From an uncultured Rhabdochlamydiaceae bacterium (GTDB lineage: Bacteria; Chlamydiota; Chlamydiia; Chlamydiales; Rhabdochlamydiaceae), in assembly GCA_963712275.1 (NCBI GenBank), contig CAVQHD010000001.1:416001-480000 (forward strand): a stretch of 64,000 nucleotides of DNA. The letters are read 5' to 3'. The translations under genes and the position numbers were made by a program. Shown here piece after piece: positions 63,003-64,000 of the stretch. Each line of letters starts with the position of its first letter. Positions within the stretch are counted from its first letter, which is position 1. The notes beneath the pieces are model-generated. The model saw nothing but the letters and a program-made list of their open reading frames with translations. It was not told the DNA's origin and made no database searches.

Positions 63003-63716
63003 CTATTTTCTTCCTGCTAAAACAAGGCTTTCCTCACGGAAACGGTAGCCGACTCCACGAACAGTCTCAATCCAATCAAACGTGGGACCCAGTTTCTTTC
63101 GAAGAGAAGCAATATGGACATCAATATTTCGATCTACAATAAATGTATCGTCATTGTGAATATCATCGAGAAGCTGATTGCGGGTCAGCACCTTGCCTCT
63201 ATTTGCAAGAAGTCGTTTTAAGATCCCAAATTCCGAAAGAGTGACCGCTACAATCTGATCAGCTTTACGAAGAAGATACCGATCGACTTCTAAAACAAAC
63301 TCTCCGAAACTCATAACTTTAAGCGGCTTATCTGCATCTTTCCCACGGCGAAGAATGGCTTTAATCCTTGAAAAAAGAACTTTAGGAGAAAACGGCTTAG
63401 CAACGTAATCATCAGCTCCAAGCTCAAGCCCTAGAATCACATCAAGTTCTTCACTTTTCGCTGATAGGATCATCACAGGAATATTTCTTAGCTCGGGGTT
63501 GCTTTTGATTTTTCGGCAAATATCAAATCCATTTTGACCCGGAAGCATGATATCCAAAATGACAAGATCGGGCTTCTCCCGCTCGACAGCTCGATAACCG
63601 TTCAATCCATCAACTTCAACGTGAAGCTTATAGCCAGATAATTCAGCTTGAAGTTTGATAAGAGCAGCAATATCCTCCTCGTCTTCAATCAATAAAATTC
63701 TTTTTTTGTGACTCAT
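63003..63716 (-). CDS. OmpR/PhoB family response regulator
   Basis: LIEDE, LDIMLPG, GADDYVAKPF, VHIASLRKKL, TVRGVGY; ATG at 63716 after GGAGG. Confidence 0.93.
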   Translation of the reverse strand: MSHKKRILLIEDEEDIAALIKLQAELSGYKLHVEVDGLNGYRAVEREKPDLVILDIMLPGQNGFDICRKIKSNPELRNIPVMILSAKSEELDVILGLELGADDYVAKPFSPKVLFSRIKAILRRGKDADKPLKVMSFGEFVLEVDRYLLRKADQIVAVTLSEFGILKRLLANRGKVLTRNQLLDDIHNDDTFIVDRNIDVHIASLRKKLGPTFDWIETVRGVGYRFREESLVLAGRK

Positions 63717-63765
63717 AAACATCCTCCAAAAAAGGGATTTAAGCACGATGCGAGAAAAAAATCAC

Positions 63766-64000
63766 TTAAAAAGAATAGATAAAATCGATTTCGTACTGCT
63801 TAAAATGGCGGAAAGGGCCAATATCATCGTCAAGGGTAATCGACTGCTTCCACTGCTGCCACAGGTTAAGATTATTACTGATGAGATACTGAAAAGTGAG
63901 CTCAAACCCTCGGTAGTTGACGTTCCCCTCAGCTTTACTTTTCTTTGTCACTCGCTTGCCGTCCCTAAAATAAAACCCATGGCATGAATCGGTTCCAAGT
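63766..64000 (-). CDS. C-terminal part of a probable outer-membrane beta-barrel protein (partial)
   Basis: Frame open to the window end; alternating beta strands, ends YEIDFIYSF (beta-signal). Confidence 0.65.
   Translation of the reverse strand, partial: LGTDSCHGFYFRDGKRVTKKSKAEGNVNYRGFELTFQYLISNNLNLWQQWKQSITLDDDIGPFRHFKQYEIDFIYSF

Noticed and set aside
63003..63716. Calling the regulator ChxR
   Set aside because: It retains the phospho-acceptor Asp (LDIMLPG), unlike atypical ChxR; orthology cannot be decided here

Overview
Chromosomal segment of an environmental Chlamydiota bacterium. The assignment rests on the chlamydial-type sigma66 rpoD, tol-pal-LysM cluster, recC-recB next to an LplT-like MFS, tyrB/aspC-mreC, a CT573-like gene ahead of gspD-E-F-G, and murI. 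The housekeeping backbone is repeatedly interrupted by small accessory inserts: a NYN RNase, three AAA_14/DUF4143 ATPases, intact and broken toxin-antitoxin modules, and candidate host effectors (AnkX-like FIC, membrane-anchored dual-specificity phosphatase, ankyrin-like protein, Ank-SET methyltransferase). The most unusual signals are non-coding. (1) A set of ~167-170 bp palindromic elements (4 full-length copies, 7 collapsed or remnant copies, 4 sequence subfamilies) shares length and hairpin architecture rather than stem sequence; one copy is translated in frame inside the gene upstream of gspD. (2) A ~177 bp transposase-less IS200/IS605 element appears to keep a TnpB omega-RNA scaffold just upstream of recD. 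(3) Three cargo inserts are flanked by a second copy of the 3' part of the upstream gene, with no integrase in the window. (4) Paired palindromic operator-like boxes lie in front of every AAA_14/DUF4143 gene. (5) A three-layer nested MITE lies at 28.7-28.9 kb. One tRNA-Ala(GGC); no CRISPR array or rRNA seen. All family assignments are by eye from motifs; no searches were run.
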